Notes: generated from the letters alone by a model not told the origin. A stretch of DNA of 64,000 nt from Candidatus Binatia bacterium (GCA_963666515.2 OY762897.2:2976001-3040000); one strand, 5' to 3'. Counted from the first letter of the stretch, positions 21,303 through 34,655 are shown. Program-made: numbers and translations.

Positions 21303-21413
21303 GCGTCCTTCGACTTCGCTCCGCTGACATGGAGCTACGCTCAGGACGAACGGTTGTGGGTACCGTTCGTCCTGAGCGTAGGGAGGCGTCAGCCGACCGA
21401 AGTCGAAGGACGC
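21303..21413. repeat. REP-like family 2, inverted doublet
   Basis: GCGTCCTTCGACTTCG...ACGCTCAGGACGAACGGT pairs with ACCGTTCGTCCTGAGCGT...CGAAGTCGAAGGACGC. Confidence 0.85.
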
Positions 21414-22678
21414 TGTTCCTCCGGGCTGCCGAACGCCAGCCCGTCGACGCTGTGCCCTTCGAGATCGCCCAGCAGGGTGGCGGTCATGGCTTCGGGCACG
21501 AGGGTCTCGCGGGCAAGGGCCGTGACGGCGTCAAGCGTGACGTCACGGACCCCCTGGACGATCTCCTCCACGGAGATCTGCCTTCCGTGGTGCATCTCGC
21601 CGCGGGTCATGTGGGTCATCCACGAATCCGCGGACTCCAGGCCCAGCAGCGTGTTCCCCACGAGCTGGTTGCGGGCCCGATCGAGTTCCTCCCCGGCCAC
21701 CTTCCCCTCGGCGATCTTGAACATTTCCTCGACGGCGAGGTCGATGACCTCCCGGGTCCATTCCGCCCTGGTGCCGACGTAGACGCCGAGATAGCCCGCG
21801 TCACGGTACGCCGACAGAAAGGAATAGACCGAGTAGGCCTTGCCGCGCCGCTCGCGTATCTCCTGGAAGAGCCGCGAGCTCATGCCGCCGCCCAGCAGCG
21901 TGTTGAGCACATGCGCCACGTAGTGCCGGGGGTCGCCGTGGGCCAGCGCCGGCACGCCCAGGCAGACGTGCACCTGCCCCAGTTCCCTGTGATGGACGGA
22001 CACGCCGCGGCCGGTCTCCGGCGGCGCGCCGGCGTCCCCCAACGGCCGCGAAGGCAGCGCGCCGAACTCTCCGGCCACCGCGTCCACCAGGCCGGCATGG
22101 GTCAGATTGCCCGCGCCGGCGATGATGACCCGGCCCGGGAGGTAGCGGTCGCCCATGAAACCCAGCAGGTCGTCCCGGGTGAATCCGGACACCGTGTCCT
22201 TCTCGCCGCACACCGGCCGGCCCAGCGGGTGCTCGCCGAAATAGTCCAGGCTGAAGAGGTCGTGGACGAAGTCTTCGGGGTTCTCGTCCGCGGAGGCGAT
22301 CTCCTGCAGGATCACGGTGCGCTCGCGCTCGATCTCGTCGGGGTCGAACACCGAGTTGAGGAAGATGTCCTTGAGGACGTCGATGGCCAGCGGCAGGTGC
22401 TCGTCCAGCACCTTGGCGTAGTAGCAGGTGGATTCCTTGCCGGTGAAGGCGTTGATGAACCCGCCGACGGAGTCCATCTCCTCGGCGATCCGTTGCGGGC
22501 TGCGCCGCTCGGTTCCCTTGAACAGGAGGTGTTCGAGGAAGTGCGACAGTCCGCCCTGCCGGCGTTCCTCGTGACGGGAGCCGTTCTCCACCCAGACGCC
22601 GAGGCTCACCGCCCGGGTGCCGGGCCGCCGTTCGGTCAGGATTCGGATGCCGTTGTCCAGCAGGGTCTTTTCAAACAT
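21389..22678 (-). CDS. M16 family zinc metallopeptidase
   Basis: HFLEH, NAFTGKE and SSRLFQEIRE; usual position downstream of pnp. Confidence 0.93.
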   Translation of the reverse strand: MFEKTLLDNGIRILTERRPGTRAVSLGVWVENGSRHEERRQGGLSHFLEHLLFKGTERRSPQRIAEEMDSVGGFINAFTGKESTCYYAKVLDEHLPLAIDVLKDIFLNSVFDPDEIERERTVILQEIASADENPEDFVHDLFSLDYFGEHPLGRPVCGEKDTVSGFTRDDLLGFMGDRYLPGRVIIAGAGNLTHAGLVDAVAGEFGALPSRPLGDAGAPPETGRGVSVHHRELGQVHVCLGVPALAHGDPRHYVAHVLNTLLGGGMSSRLFQEIRERRGKAYSVYSFLSAYRDAGYLGVYVGTRAEWTREVIDLAVEEMFKIAEGKVAGEELDRARNQLVGNTLLGLESADSWMTHMTRGEMHHGRQISVEEIVQGVRDVTLDAVTALARETLVPEAMTATLLGDLEGHSVDGLAFGSPEEQRPSTSVG

Positions 22679-22720
22679 CGGAGGGAAGATGGACCTGAGT
22701 TCGGACCGGCGGACTTGGGC

Positions 22721-24820
22721 CTAGACCCGTTCGGACTGCTGCTCTTCCTTGAGGGCCTCTTTGCGGCTGAGCCTGATCTTCCCCTGCCGGTCCACGTCCA
22801 GGACCTTGACCATCAGCTCGTCGCCCTCGTTGAGCACGTCTCTCACCCGGCGCACGTGGTCGTCGGCGATCTGCGAGATATGCACCAACCCGTCGGTGCC
22901 GGGGAGGATCTCGACGAAGGCGCCGAAATCCATCACGCGCCTGACGGTGCCCTTGTAGATCCTGCCGATCTCCACCTCCGCGGCGATTCCCTCGATCATC
23001 TCGATGGCCCTGCGGCTGCCCGCCTCGTCGACGGCCGCCACGGTCACCGTGCCGTCGTCCTGCACGTCGATCTTCGTGCCGGTGGCATCGACGATCCCCC
23101 GGATCACCTTGCCTCCCGGTCCGATGATGTCACGGATCTTGTCCGGCCGGACCTTCAGGGTGGTGATCCGCGGCGCGTGGCGGGAAACCTCCCCGCGCGT
23201 CTCCGACAGGGTGCCGTCCATGATGCCCAGGATGTGCAGCCGCCCTTCCCGGGCCTGGTAGAGGGCCTCCCGCATGATCTCGCGGTTCACTCCGCTGATC
23301 TTGATGTCCATCTGCAGCGCGGTGATCCCGTTACGGGTGCCGGCCACCTTGAAGTCCATGTCGCCCAGGTGATCCTCGTCGCCGAGTATGTCCGTCAGCA
23401 CCCGCACCTCGTCGCCGTCCTTGATCAGGCCCATGGCGATGCCCGCCACCGGCGCCTTGATGGGGACGCCGGCGTCCATCAGCGACAGCGAGCCGCCGCA
23501 GACGCTGGCCATGGAGGTGGAGCCGTTGGACGACAGGACCTCGGAAACCACCCGCAGCGTGTACGGGAACTCGTCCTCATCCGGCAGCACCGCGGCCAGC
23601 GCCCGTTCGGCCAAGGCGCCGTGGCCGATCTCCCGCCGGCCCGGGCTGCGCAGGAACTTGACCTCGCCGGTGCTGAAGGGAGGGAAATTGTAGTGCAGCA
23701 TGAACTTCTTGAACTGCTCGCCGGTGAGCGCGTCGACCCGCTGGGCGTCCTGGGCCGTGCCCAGGGTGGCCACCGCCAGCGCCTGGGTCTCGCCGCGCGT
23801 GAACAGCGCCGACCCGTGCGTGCGCGGCAGCAGGCCGACTTCGCAGGTGATGGGGCGCACGTCCTTGAGCCCGCGCCCGTCGATGCGCTTGCGTTGCTGC
23901 AGCACGAGGTCGCGGAGCTGGAACTTCTCCAAGTCCTTGAAGGCGCCCTTGACCTCCTTCTCGCGCCCGGGGAACTCCTCCGCGCCGGTCGTCATGACGT
24001 CGCCGCCGACCTCGTCGATGCGGGCGTTCCGCTGCTTCTTGTCGGCGATGGTGACGGCTTCCTTGAGCTTGTCCTGGGCGAGTTCCCGCACCCGGGCGGC
24101 CAGCGATTCGTCCCGCACTTCCGGCGGCGGCACCCGCTTGGCCTTGCCGAGCTGGTCCTTGAGCTTCTGCTGCAGGTCGATGAGCGGCTGGATCGCCTGG
24201 TGTCCCTGGAACAGGGCGTCGAGCACGTCCTCTTCGGGGACCATCGAGGCCCCGCCTTCCACCATGACGATGCCGTCCCGGGTGCCGGAGAGGTAGATGT
24301 TGACGTCGCATCGGGGAACCTCGCTCACCAGCGGGTTCATCACCCACTCGCCGCCGATCCGGCCCACCCGGACGCCCGCCAGCGGCCCCTGGAACGGGAT
24401 GTCGGATATCTCCAGCGCCACCGAAGCGGCGAGCATGGACACCATGTCGGTGTCGTTCTCGCCGTCAGCGGACAGCACGGTAACGATGATCTGGGTCTCG
24501 GCCTTGAGCCCGCCGGCGAACAGCGGGCGGATGGAGCGGTCGATGAGGCGGCAGGTGAGGATTTCCTTTTCCGACGGTCGTCCCTCACGCTTGAAGAAGC
24601 CGCCGGGGATGCGTCCGGCGGCGAAGGTCTTTTCCTGGTAGTCGACGGTCAGCGGGAAGAAGTCGATGTCTTCCCGAACGTCCTTGGAGGCCACCGCGGT
24701 GGCGATGACGACGGTCTCGCCGAAACGCACCAGCGCGGCGCCGTCGGCCTGCTGGGCCACCTTGCCCAGGTCGATGCATAGAGGCCGGCCGCAATAATCC
24801 AACTCGATCTTTGTGTGCAT
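22721..24820 (-). CDS. pnp: Polyribonucleotide nucleotidyltransferase
   Basis: [24 protein letters not shown], then KH and S1 domains. Confidence 0.97.
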   Translation of the reverse strand: MHTKIELDYCGRPLCIDLGKVAQQADGAALVRFGETVVIATAVASKDVREDIDFFPLTVDYQEKTFAAGRIPGGFFKREGRPSEKEILTCRLIDRSIRPLFAGGLKAETQIIVTVLSADGENDTDMVSMLAASVALEISDIPFQGPLAGVRVGRIGGEWVMNPLVSEVPRCDVNIYLSGTRDGIVMVEGGASMVPEEDVLDALFQGHQAIQPLIDLQQKLKDQLGKAKRVPPPEVRDESLAARVRELAQDKLKEAVTIADKKQRNARIDEVGGDVMTTGAEEFPGREKEVKGAFKDLEKFQLRDLVLQQRKRIDGRGLKDVRPITCEVGLLPRTHGSALFTRGETQALAVATLGTAQDAQRVDALTGEQFKKFMLHYNFPPFSTGEVKFLRSPGRREIGHGALAERALAAVLPDEDEFPYTLRVVSEVLSSNGSTSMASVCGGSLSLMDAGVPIKAPVAGIAMGLIKDGDEVRVLTDILGDEDHLGDMDFKVAGTRNGITALQMDIKISGVNREIMREALYQAREGRLHILGIMDGTLSETRGEVSRHAPRITTLKVRPDKIRDIIGPGGKVIRGIVDATGTKIDVQDDGTVTVAAVDEAGSRRAIEMIEGIAAEVEIGRIYKGTVRRVMDFGAFVEILPGTDGLVHISQIADDHVRRVRDVLNEGDELMVKVLDVDRQGKIRLSRKEALKEEQQSERV

Positions 24821-24849
24821 ATGTATCCCCTCTAGGGTAGTGGGGGCTG

Positions 24850-24879
24850 AAGAGAAGAACGCGGGAAGGGACACCCGCG
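24850..24879 (-). terminator. Hairpin plus pyrimidine tract between rpsO and pnp
   Basis: Minus strand CGCGGG-8 nt-CCCGCG followed by TTCTTCTCT. Confidence 0.4.
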
Positions 24880-24888
24880 GCGGGGCAT

Positions 24889-25158
24889 CTATCGGCGGAT
24901 ACCCAGCCGCTGGATCAAAGTCTGATACCTCTGAACATCCCTCTTCTTGAGATAATCCAGAAGCCGCCGCCTTTTTCCGACGAGCTTGAGCAGGCCCATC
25001 CGCGTGTGATGGTCCTTCTTGTGAGTTCTCAGATGCTCTGTCAGGTAAACGATGCGGTGGCTGTGAATGGCGACCTGCACCTCAGGCGAACCGGTGTCGG
25101 TGTCGTGGAGTCTGAATTTCCTGATCGTCTCGCTGGTCTGCTCCCGAGCTGATTCCAT
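24889..25158 (-). CDS. rpsO: 30S ribosomal protein S15
   Basis: [10 protein letters not shown] and HKKDHH. Confidence 0.97.
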   Translation of the reverse strand: MESAREQTSETIRKFRLHDTDTGSPEVQVAIHSHRIVYLTEHLRTHKKDHHTRMGLLKLVGKRRRLLDYLKKRDVQRYQTLIQRLGIRR

Positions 25159-25240
25159 CTGACCCTTTTCTTTCTCCCTTTTTCAATATTTCACAAGTTT
25201 TGTAGCACACGGGTCCCGGCCGTGTAAAGCTGCCCGCTCA

Positions 25241-26158
25241 TCAGGAATCGTTGAGGACGCGCAGGAGCCGCCATGCCTCTGACGCCTTCTCCCACCCGAT
25301 CAGCGCCGCCAGGCGGCCTTCCGGGTCCACCACCCGGCGGGTGGTCTCGCCGGCCGCGGCCTTCTCGACCCCGGCGAGGGCGCTCTGAAGGCCGCGCCGG
25401 AGCCGCTCCACCGCGGCGGCGTCCAGGGTCGCGCACCCCAGGTGCGCGAGGGCGTCGTTCAGAGGCACCAGCGGGACCGCCGCGGCGTCCGCGAGCGCTT
25501 CGAGATCGTCCAGGGCCACGGCGTCGGCGATGCGGAACGGGCCGGAGGCCACCCGGCGGAGACGGCTGAGGTAGGCGCCGCATCCCAGGGACCGTCCGAT
25601 GTCCGCGGCCAGAGTCCTGACGTAGGTGCCCTTGGAACAGGCCAGCTCGAACTCCAGCTCGGCCGGGCCCACCCGCGTGAGCCGTTCGATCTCCACCCGG
25701 ACGCGGCGCGGCTCGCGGCCCACCTCCATTCCCTTGCGCGCCAGCTCGTAGAGCCGCGAACCGTCCTTCTTGAGCGCCGAGTACATCGGCGGCACCTGTT
25801 GGAGGCAGCCGCTGAACTCGCGGCGCAGGGATTCGATCTCGCGCGGGCCGATATCCGGTGCGTCGCGCCGGGACAGCAGCGTGCCGGTGCGGTCCTGGGT
25901 GTCGGTCTCCGCCCCCAGCGTGATGGCGCCGGTGTAGCCCTTGTCCGCGTCCAGGAAATACTGCGCGACCTTGGTGCCCTCGTTGACCGCCAGCGGCAGC
26001 AGGCCGGACGCGAACGGGTCCAGGGTGCCGAGGTGGCCGACCTTGCGCGCGCCGGTGATCCGTTTCGCCGCGGCCACCACTCGCGCCGAAGTCGGCCCCT
26101 CCGGCTTGTCCACCAGCAGGATGCCGCTCCTGGAGAGATGCACGGCGTCCCGCCTCAT
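25241..26158 (-). CDS. truB: tRNA pseudouridine(55) synthase
   Basis: KVGHLGTLDP, PPMYSALK and CSKGTYVR. Confidence 0.95.
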   Translation of the reverse strand: MRRDAVHLSRSGILLVDKPEGPTSARVVAAAKRITGARKVGHLGTLDPFASGLLPLAVNEGTKVAQYFLDADKGYTGAITLGAETDTQDRTGTLLSRRDAPDIGPREIESLRREFSGCLQQVPPMYSALKKDGSRLYELARKGMEVGREPRRVRVEIERLTRVGPAELEFELACSKGTYVRTLAADIGRSLGCGAYLSRLRRVASGPFRIADAVALDDLEALADAAAVPLVPLNDALAHLGCATLDAAAVERLRRGLQSALAGVEKAAAGETTRRVVDPEGRLAALIGWEKASEAWRLLRVLNDS

Positions 26159-26520
26159 TCCCCGGGTCCCACCGCCTTGAGGAGGTCGTCGATGCGCCGG
26201 GCCCGATCCGGGGCCTCATCGTAGACGAACTCGATGGCCGGGACGAAACGCAGCTTGAGACCGTCGGCGATGCGTCCGCGAATGAAACCCGTGGCCGCGC
26301 GCAGGCCCTGGAGCGCTTCGTCCTTCGGCGGCGCCCCGTCCCGCACCGTGAAGTAGATCCTGGCGTGCTTGAGATCGGCCCTCACGTCCACGCTCGTCAG
26401 CGTCACCCCGGTGAGCCGCGAATCATCGAGCGTGCGCGCCAGCAGCCGGGAGACGAACTCGATCAGCAGGTCGCCGACCCGCTCCGAGCGGGAACCGCCC
26501 GTCTTTCGACGATTTCTCAC
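26155..26520 (-). CDS. rbfA: Ribosome-binding factor A
   Basis: DLKHARIY and LRFVPAIEFVYD; located between infB and truB. Confidence 0.92.
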   Translation of the reverse strand: MRNRRKTGGSRSERVGDLLIEFVSRLLARTLDDSRLTGVTLTSVDVRADLKHARIYFTVRDGAPPKDEALQGLRAATGFIRGRIADGLKLRFVPAIEFVYDEAPDRARRIDDLLKAVGPGE

Positions 26521-26533
26521 GGGTTCCGTCCGC

Positions 26534-26821
26534 CTATTCGTGCAGGATACGGATGTCGGACTCGCCCAGCTCGGCGAGGCCGAGGCGATCCACGAACTCG
26601 ACCACCTGCCGCAACGTGGCCTCGACGATCCGGGCGTTGCTGCCCACGACCCCGAACCCCAGGAGCGCCCGCTGCCACAGGTCCTGGTCGCCGCACTCCG
26701 TTACCGAGATGTTGAACTTGTTGGAAACCCGGGACTGGATCTTCCGCAGGACCGATCTCTTTCCCTTGAGGGAGTGGTTTTCCGGCAGGATCAACGCGAG
26801 CTTGAGAACGCCGACCACCAT
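26534..26821 (-). CDS. DUF503 (YlxP) family protein
   Basis: HSLKGKRSV and QDLWQRA; conserved position after infB. Confidence 0.9.
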   Translation of the reverse strand: MVVGVLKLALILPENHSLKGKRSVLRKIQSRVSNKFNISVTECGDQDLWQRALLGFGVVGSNARIVEATLRQVVEFVDRLGLAELGESDIRILHE

Positions 26822-26855
26822 GCCGCCACCGCCACGCGAAGCGAGGTCGGGAGGA

Positions 26856-29702
26856 CTAGCGGTCCGCGGAGAGCTGCGCCGCGCCGCCGCCGTCCACCCG
26901 CAGGGCTCCCCGGCTGATGGGGATCTTTTCGAAGCCTTCGATGACGTCGCCGACCTTGACGTCCTGATACCCGTCGAGGGCGATGCCGCACTCGTATCCG
27001 GTGCCCACCTCGCGCACGTCGTCCTTGAAACGCTTCAGGCTCGCGAGCCGGCCCTCGTGCACCACCACCTGGTCCCGCAACAGCCGTATCATGCTGGAAC
27101 GCATGATCTTGCCGTCGGTGACCGAACAGCCCGCGATGGTGCCCACCCCGCGGATGTTGAAGACCTCCCGGACCTGGATACGGGCGTGGAACTCCTCGCG
27201 GAAGACCGGCTCCAGGAGCCCCTCCATGGCCGAGCGGATATCGTCGATCACCTCATAGATGATGGTGTAGAGCCTCACGTCCACGCCCTGCTGCACCGCC
27301 AGGCTCGTGGCCTTGGGCTCGGGACGGACGTTGAAACCGATGACGATGGCGTTGGAGGCGCTGGCCAGCAGCACGTCGCTCTCGGTGATGCCGCCCACCG
27401 AGCCGTGGATCACCCGGATCTTCACCTCGTCGGTGGAGAGCCGGGTCACGGCCTCGTTCAGGGCCTCCACGGAGCCGTGGACGTCGCCCTTCACGACCAC
27501 CCGCAGCTCCTTGACCTCGCTGGCCTTGATCTGGTCGTAGAACTCTTCGAGCGAGACCTTGCTGGTCTTGGCCAGCTCGGCCTCGCGCTGCTGGGTCTCG
27601 CGGTATTCGGCGAACTGCCTTGCCGAGCCCTCGTCGGTGAGCGCCGAGAACGCCTCGCCGGCCTGCGGCACGCCCTGGAGTCCCAGGATCTCCACCGGAA
27701 TGGACGGCGTCGCCGTGTCCACCTTGCGCCCCTGGTCGTCCACCATGGCCCGCACCTTGCCGTGATGAGGCCCGGCGAAGATGGGGTCCCCCACCTTGAG
27801 CGTCCCCTCCTGGACCAGCACGGTGGACACCGGTCCGCGGCCCCGCTCCAGCTTGGCCTCGACGACCGCGCCCCGGGCCAGCTTGTTGGGGTTGGCCTTC
27901 AACTCCAGAAGATCCGCCTGGAGCAGCAGCATCTCCATCAGACCGGGCAATCCTTCGTGGGTCACCGCCGAGACCGGCACGAAGATCGTATCGCCGCCCC
28001 ATGCCTCCGGCACCAAGCCATGGTCGGACAAGCCGCGCTGGACCCGGTCCGGATCCGCGTCGGGACGGTCCATCTTGTTCACCGCCACGATGATCGGCAC
28101 TTCCGCGGCGCGGGCGTGATCCACCGCTTCGATGGTCTGCGGCATCACGCCGTCGTCCGCGGCCACCACCAGCACCACGATGTCGGTGACCTTGGCGCCC
28201 CTGGCGCGCATGGCGGTGAAGGCTTCGTGTCCGGGCGTGTCGAGGAAGGTGACCCCCCTGCCGTCGAGCCGCACGTGGTAGGCGCCGATGTGCTGGGTGA
28301 TCCCGCCCGCCTCCGCGTCGGTCACGTTGGCGCTGCGGATGGCGTCGAGCAGGGACGTCTTGCCGTGGTCCACGTGTCCCATGATGGTGACCACCGGCGG
28401 GCGCGGCTCCAGCGCCTCCTCCGGGTCGGTGACCTCGTGCTGATCCTGGAGCGCGGTCTCGACGTCGAAGGCCACGTTCTCCACCTGGTAGTCGAACTCG
28501 TTCGCCACCAGGGTCGCGGTGTCGAAGTCCAGCACCTGGTTGATGGTGGCCATCATGCCGAGGCCCATGAGCTTCTTGATGACCTCGCCGGCCTTGATGC
28601 CCATGTCCTTGGCCATGTCGCCCACGGTGATGGCCTCGTCCATGCGGATGACCCGCTTGCGGGCCGCGGGCACCGTGATCTCGGTCTTCTTCTGCTCCTT
28701 GCCGGGCAGGGCGCGCTTCTTCCTGAGCACGCGGCCGCGCGGAGAGCGGAACTCGCGCTCCTTCAGCTCGATGACTTCCTGCTTCCGGATGACCCGTTTC
28801 CTGCCTTTGCCGCCCTTGCCTTGCCCGTCCGCTTCCGCCGGCGGCTGTCCGCCGTCGCGCGGCGCGCCCGGCGCCGCCGGCTTCGCGGAAGCGGTTTTCG
28901 AAGGCGCCGGCGCCGGCTTCCGGTTCAGGTCGATGCGCCCGAGGATTCGGGGGCCGGTCAGCCCGGTGGTTTGTCCCGGCGTCTCCGCGGCCTTGTCGTC
29001 GGCGGGCGCGGCGGCGCCGTTGGCGGCGCTCGCGGCCTCGGGCGCCGGCTGCGCGGGTTCTTCCACCGCGGCGGGCGCTACGGGCTCCTCCGGCTGCTCC
29101 TCCTGCGCCTGGGCTTCGGCGGCGCCCGCGGCCTCGGGCTCGGCCGCGGCTTCCTCCGGGGAGGCCGCCTCCGCGGCCTCGGGCTGCCGGTCCGCCTGAT
29201 CCGCCTCGGGCGCGGGCTCCTGGACCGCGGACTCCTCGGCCGCGGCCTCCGCCGGCGCCGTTTCGCGCGGCGCGGTTTCCTGAAGCGGCGCTTCGCGCGG
29301 GACGGCTTCCTGAGCCGCCGCCTCCTCGGCCGCTTCCTCCTCCTGCGGCGGGTGCTCCACCGGATGAATGGGTCTGCGAGTGACCAGCTCGACCGTGCTT
29401 CTGCGGCGCCGGATGACGTTGGCGCGAACGCGGCGCTCCACCACCTTCTCGTGCGCCTGCACCTCGCCCATGTCCTCGTCCTCGGCGGTGATCGTGCGAT
29501 CGACCACGACCCGTTCTTCGCCGACCGTCACCTTCGGCTTCTCGGTGGCGGCAATCGCCGCCTTGACGGCCTCGATCTCCGAATCGTCGAGGGAGCTTTG
29601 CGATTTCTTGCCACGGATCCGGATCTTCTCGAGTTGAGCGATGAGATCCCTGGTCTCGAGATCGAGCTGCCTGGCCAGTTGATGCACTCTCACTTTGCTC
29701 AT
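26856..29702 (-). CDS. infB: Translation initiation factor IF-2
   Basis: [17 protein letters not shown] and NKMD; start [10 protein letters not shown] at 29702. Confidence 0.97.
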   Translation of the reverse strand: MSKVRVHQLARQLDLETRDLIAQLEKIRIRGKKSQSSLDDSEIEAVKAAIAATEKPKVTVGEERVVVDRTITAEDEDMGEVQAHEKVVERRVRANVIRRRRSTVELVTRRPIHPVEHPPQEEEAAEEAAAQEAVPREAPLQETAPRETAPAEAAAEESAVQEPAPEADQADRQPEAAEAASPEEAAAEPEAAGAAEAQAQEEQPEEPVAPAAVEEPAQPAPEAASAANGAAAPADDKAAETPGQTTGLTGPRILGRIDLNRKPAPAPSKTASAKPAAPGAPRDGGQPPAEADGQGKGGKGRKRVIRKQEVIELKEREFRSPRGRVLRKKRALPGKEQKKTEITVPAARKRVIRMDEAITVGDMAKDMGIKAGEVIKKLMGLGMMATINQVLDFDTATLVANEFDYQVENVAFDVETALQDQHEVTDPEEALEPRPPVVTIMGHVDHGKTSLLDAIRSANVTDAEAGGITQHIGAYHVRLDGRGVTFLDTPGHEAFTAMRARGAKVTDIVVLVVAADDGVMPQTIEAVDHARAAEVPIIVAVNKMDRPDADPDRVQRGLSDHGLVPEAWGGDTIFVPVSAVTHEGLPGLMEMLLLQADLLELKANPNKLARGAVVEAKLERGRGPVSTVLVQEGTLKVGDPIFAGPHHGKVRAMVDDQGRKVDTATPSIPVEILGLQGVPQAGEAFSALTDEGSARQFAEYRETQQREAELAKTSKVSLEEFYDQIKASEVKELRVVVKGDVHGSVEALNEAVTRLSTDEVKIRVIHGSVGGITESDVLLASASNAIVIGFNVRPEPKATSLAVQQGVDVRLYTIIYEVIDDIRSAMEGLLEPVFREEFHARIQVREVFNIRGVGTIAGCSVTDGKIMRSSMIRLLRDQVVVHEGRLASLKRFKDDVREVGTGYECGIALDGYQDVKVGDVIEGFEKIPISRGALRVDGGGAAQLSADR

Positions 29703-29962
29703 TTCCCACTCCGTTGAGCGCGAAGCCTTCCCAACAGGTCCTCGCGATCCTTGCGGGACAGATCGCGACGAAACGCCCGGTAGACGCTCTTGCGCTTCAG
29801 GAAAGCCCGCCAGCAATCCTCGCTGTCATGCAGATAGCCTCCTCGTCCGCTGTGTTCTTCGGGCCGCAAGCCTTCCGCGGTCACCGCCACCCGGCGCATC
29901 ACGGCCTTCTCGTCGCGCTGACCGCAGCCCAGACAGGTCCGTACGGGCGAACGGCCGCTCAC
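29699..29962 (-). CDS. ylxR: YlxR (DUF448/RnpM) RNA-binding protein
   Basis: PVRTCLGC and GRGGYL; between nusA and infB. Confidence 0.88.
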   Translation of the reverse strand: MSGRSPVRTCLGCGQRDEKAVMRRVAVTAEGLRPEEHSGRGGYLHDSEDCWRAFLKRKSVYRAFRRDLSRKDREDLLGRLRAQRSGK

Positions 29963-31374
29963 GCGCCTTGCTGAGGAGTCGGCTCCGCTTCCTCCTCGCC
30001 GGCCGCGGAGGCGGGCTCTTCGGAAGCCTCGCTTGCCGCAGGCTCCGGCTCGGAAGCCGCTGCCTCGGACTCTGCCGTCTCCGCCGCGGCCTCGCTCGCC
30101 GCAGCCTCCTCCGCCTCCCGGGCCGCACGCTCACGCTCTTCCTCCAGGTGCTTCGCGCACGCCTCCAGGATGACCTGGGCCTTCTCCGGCTCGATGCCGG
30201 TGATCTCGTTGATGGTGGCGGCCTCGGCCTCGGACAGGTCCTCGGCCGACTTGAAGCCCGACTGATAGAGCAGCTCCGCCATCACCTCGCTCACGCCGGG
30301 GATCGCGGACAGCGACTGCCTCGCCTGCCGGCTCTCCTCGTCCGCCTCCGATTCGCTGCGGGCGTCGATGCCCCAGCCGGTGAGGCGGGAAGCCAGCCGG
30401 ACGTTCTGACCCTTGCGGCCGATGGCCAGGGAGAGCTGCTCGTCCGGCACGATCACCTCCATGGTGTGGGCGTCGTCGTCCAGCAGTATCTTGGTGACCT
30501 TGGCCGGGGCCAGCGCCCGGCATACGTATTCGGCCTGTTCCGGGATCCAGTGGACGATGTCGATCTTCTCTCCCCGAAGCTCCTGCACCACCGACTGCAC
30601 CCGGGTGCCCTTCATGCCCACGCAGGCGCCCACCGGATCGACGTCGGGGTCGTTGGAGGTCACGGCGATCTTCGCCCGTCCGCCCGGCTCCCGGGCCGCT
30701 CCCTTGACCTCGACGATCCCTTCGTAGATCTCGGGGACTTCCTGCTCGAACAGCTTGATCAGCATGCCCGGGTGGGTGCGCGACAGCACGATCTGGGGTC
30801 CGCGGCTGGTCATCTCGACGCTGACGATGTAGGCCCGGATGCGGTCGCCCTGCCGGTAGCGTTCCCGCGGGACCTGCTCCTTTTCCGGCAGGATCGCGTT
30901 GGTCCTGCCCAGGTTCACGATGATGTTGTTCTTCTCGAAGCGCTGCACGATGCCGTGGACCAGCTCGCCCTGGCGGTCCTTGAACTCGTTGAAAATGATC
31001 TCGCGCTCGACGTCCCGCACCCGCTGCACGATGTTCTGCTTGGCCGCCTGGGCCGCGATCCGGCCGAACACCGTGGCGTCGATCTTCATGAGCAGCTCGT
31101 CGCCCAGCTCCACGTCCGGGTCCAGCGTGTCACGGGCCTCGTCGAGATCGATCTGGGTGTCGGGGTCGGCGACGTCGTCCACCACCACCTTGGCCTCGAA
31201 GATCTCGATCTCCCCGATATCGGGGTTGTACTGGGCCTCGAAGCTCCGCTCCGCGCCGAAGGTCTTCTTGGCCGCCGACACCATGGCGGACTCGATGGCC
31301 TCGACCAGGATTTCCCTGTCGATGCCCTTTTCCTTGGTCACCTGCTCGATGACCCGACTCAGATCCTGCTGCAT
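29959..31374 (-). CDS. nusA: Transcription termination factor NusA
   Basis: FGRIAAQAAKQ, AREPGGRAKIAV and LAIGRKGQNVRLA. Confidence 0.97.
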   Translation of the reverse strand: MQQDLSRVIEQVTKEKGIDREILVEAIESAMVSAAKKTFGAERSFEAQYNPDIGEIEIFEAKVVVDDVADPDTQIDLDEARDTLDPDVELGDELLMKIDATVFGRIAAQAAKQNIVQRVRDVEREIIFNEFKDRQGELVHGIVQRFEKNNIIVNLGRTNAILPEKEQVPRERYRQGDRIRAYIVSVEMTSRGPQIVLSRTHPGMLIKLFEQEVPEIYEGIVEVKGAAREPGGRAKIAVTSNDPDVDPVGACVGMKGTRVQSVVQELRGEKIDIVHWIPEQAEYVCRALAPAKVTKILLDDDAHTMEVIVPDEQLSLAIGRKGQNVRLASRLTGWGIDARSESEADEESRQARQSLSAIPGVSEVMAELLYQSGFKSAEDLSEAEAATINEITGIEPEKAQVILEACAKHLEEERERAAREAEEAAASEAAAETAESEAAASEPEPAASEASEEPASAAGEEEAEPTPQQGA

Positions 31375-31402
31375 CTCTGTCCCCCAACTACGCTTTCCCC
31401 GG

Positions 31403-31897
31403 TCATCCCGGCGACGCCCAGTCGTACTCGACGTTGGCCTTGACGATGGCGCCGAACGGGATGAAAACCTCGCGACCGTCCTGCAGCACCACCACGCCGT
31501 CTCCGGCGGCGCCGTGCAGCGGTCCGAGAAAGTTCTTCCGGCCGCCGATCATCTCGCCGGTATGGACCCGGACCCTCTGCCCGACGAACCGGGCGAAATG
31601 CTCCGGTCTCCTGAGCGGACGGTTGATGCCGGGAGACGAGACCTCCAGGGTGTAGGAACCCGCGACCACGTCATGGACGTCCAGAAAGTCGCTCAACTCG
31701 CGGCTGACCCGGCCCAACTCCTCGATCCCCGGCGCCTCGGTCTCGTCCCGCTTCCCGACCCTGTCCAGGTACACGCGCAACACACGGCCCGACCTCCCCT
31801 CGTGCCGGAGCTCGATGTCCACCACCTCCAGCCCCTCGCCGGCGGCCAACGGCTCCACGAACTCCCAGAGGCGATCCAGTGTCTCGCTCGTCGCCAT
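31403..31897 (-). CDS. rimP: Ribosome maturation factor RimP
   Basis: YTLEVSSPGINRPL. Confidence 0.94.
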   Translation of the reverse strand: MATSETLDRLWEFVEPLAAGEGLEVVDIELRHEGRSGRVLRVYLDRVGKRDETEAPGIEELGRVSRELSDFLDVHDVVAGSYTLEVSSPGINRPLRRPEHFARFVGQRVRVHTGEMIGGRKNFLGPLHGAAGDGVVVLQDGREVFIPFGAIVKANVEYDWASPG

Positions 31898-31919
31898 CGG
31901 CACCTCGAACAAGCACCTC

Positions 31920-31948
31920 AAATAAAAAAGCGGGCAAGCTGCCCACTG
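31920..31948 (-). promoter_or_regulatory. rimP leader hairpin / attenuator
   Basis: AGTGGGC-AGCTT-GCCCGCT followed by TTTTTATT directly upstream of rimP. Confidence 0.7.
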
Positions 31949-32089
31949 ATGCTTGATGTTTTACAACATTGACGCCGCCCAATGCAAACCACGCGCCGCT
32001 GCCGGGCGGCGGCGCGCGGGCGGGTTTGAAACCGCCCGCTGCACCCGTTATCATCCCGTGGCTGAAACCACCCGTTTCAGAAGCCACCC

Positions 32090-33211
32090 ATGTCGAACCC
32101 GCAGCCCATGCCCACCGCGGCGCCCTCCGGCGACGTCTCCGCGGCGGTCTCCTGGCAGGACGTCCTCACCAGCCTCGAGGACGCCGTCATGGTGGTGGAC
32201 TGCTCGCGCGGCGTCTCTTTCGTGAACCAGGCGGCCGAGACCCTCACCGGGCTGTCGGCCCGGAAGTTGCGGGCGCGGACTTCCGGCGACCTCTTTCGCG
32301 CCAACCGGTGGCTGCTGGACATGATCGACAAGAGCCTCGGGCCGGACGAGAGCACCAGCCGCGCGGAGAGCGAGTTTCTCAAGCCGCGCGGCAAGAGCGT
32401 GCCGGTGAGCGCCCTGGTCTCGCCTCTCCGCGACCAGGACGGACGGGTCGCCGGCAGCGTGCTGCTCCTGCGCGACCGCACCCTGAGGCAGGCCCTGGAG
32501 GAGGACCTGAGGCGGTCGGACCGGCTGGCCCTGCTGGGCAAGCTGGCGGCCGCCCTGGCCCACGAGATCAAGAACCCGCTGGGCGGCATCAAGGGGGCGG
32601 CCCAGCTCATCCGCGCCGAGGTGGCGCACGACCCGTCGCTGCTGGAGAACACCGACATCATGATCCGGGAGGTGGACCGGGTCAATCAACTGCTGGACCA
32701 GCTCCTGGACCTGGCGCGCCCGGCGGGCCTCCACCTGGAGCCGCTGAACGTCCACGAGCTGCTGGAGCACGTCCTGGGCCTGGAGGCGCATAACGCGGCC
32801 GCGGCAAGGGTGCGCATCCTGCGCTCGTTCGACCCCAGCCTGCCGCCGATCACCGGCGACCGCAGCCGGCTGGTTCAGGTGTTCCTCAACCTGATGGAGA
32901 ACGCGCTGCAGGCCGGGCCCACCTGCATGACCGTCACCACCCGCATCGAAACGGACTTCTCCCTGCGCACCGGGCGTTCGAGCGCCACCAGGTTCGTCAG
33001 CGTGGACGTCCGCGACGACGGCGCCGGCATCGACGAGGACGACCTGCCCGACATCTTCGCGCCCTTCTTCACCCGCAAGCGCCGCGGCACCGGCCTCGGG
33101 CTGGCCATCTGCGACCGCACCATCAAGGAGCACGGGGGCCGCCTGGGCGTCGAGAGCCGGCTCGGCGAAGGATCGGTGTTCCGGGTGTCGCTGCCCGCCC
33201 GACAGGACTAG
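32090..33211 (+). CDS. ntrB: PAS-domain histidine kinase, NtrB-like
   Basis: [28 protein letters not shown] and GTGLGL. Confidence 0.8.
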   Translation: MSNPQPMPTAAPSGDVSAAVSWQDVLTSLEDAVMVVDCSRGVSFVNQAAETLTGLSARKLRARTSGDLFRANRWLLDMIDKSLGPDESTSRAESEFLKPRGKSVPVSALVSPLRDQDGRVAGSVLLLRDRTLRQALEEDLRRSDRLALLGKLAAALAHEIKNPLGGIKGAAQLIRAEVAHDPSLLENTDIMIREVDRVNQLLDQLLDLARPAGLHLEPLNVHELLEHVLGLEAHNAAAARVRILRSFDPSLPPITGDRSRLVQVFLNLMENALQAGPTCMTVTTRIETDFSLRTGRSSATRFVSVDVRDDGAGIDEDDLPDIFAPFFTRKRRGTGLGLAICDRTIKEHGGRLGVESRLGEGSVFRVSLPARQD

Positions 33212-33216
33212 CCGCC

Positions 33217-34655
<1,439 letters not shown>

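Noticed and set aside
28850-29350. Ala/Glu/Pro-rich quasi-repeats in IF-2, and the similar NusA tail
   Set aside because: Variable low-complexity linkers are normal in these proteins.
21329-29717. Very long plus-strand ORFs (1150 aa, 1054 aa) and similar ORFs throughout the window
   Set aside because: Antisense or frame shadows of well-supported genes (pnp, infB and others), expected with high-GC codon bias.
32017-32038. GGCGGGTTTGAAACCGCCC hairpin, with a similar sequence near 4292-4310
   Set aside because: Only two degenerate copies, too weak to define a repeat family or operator from this window.
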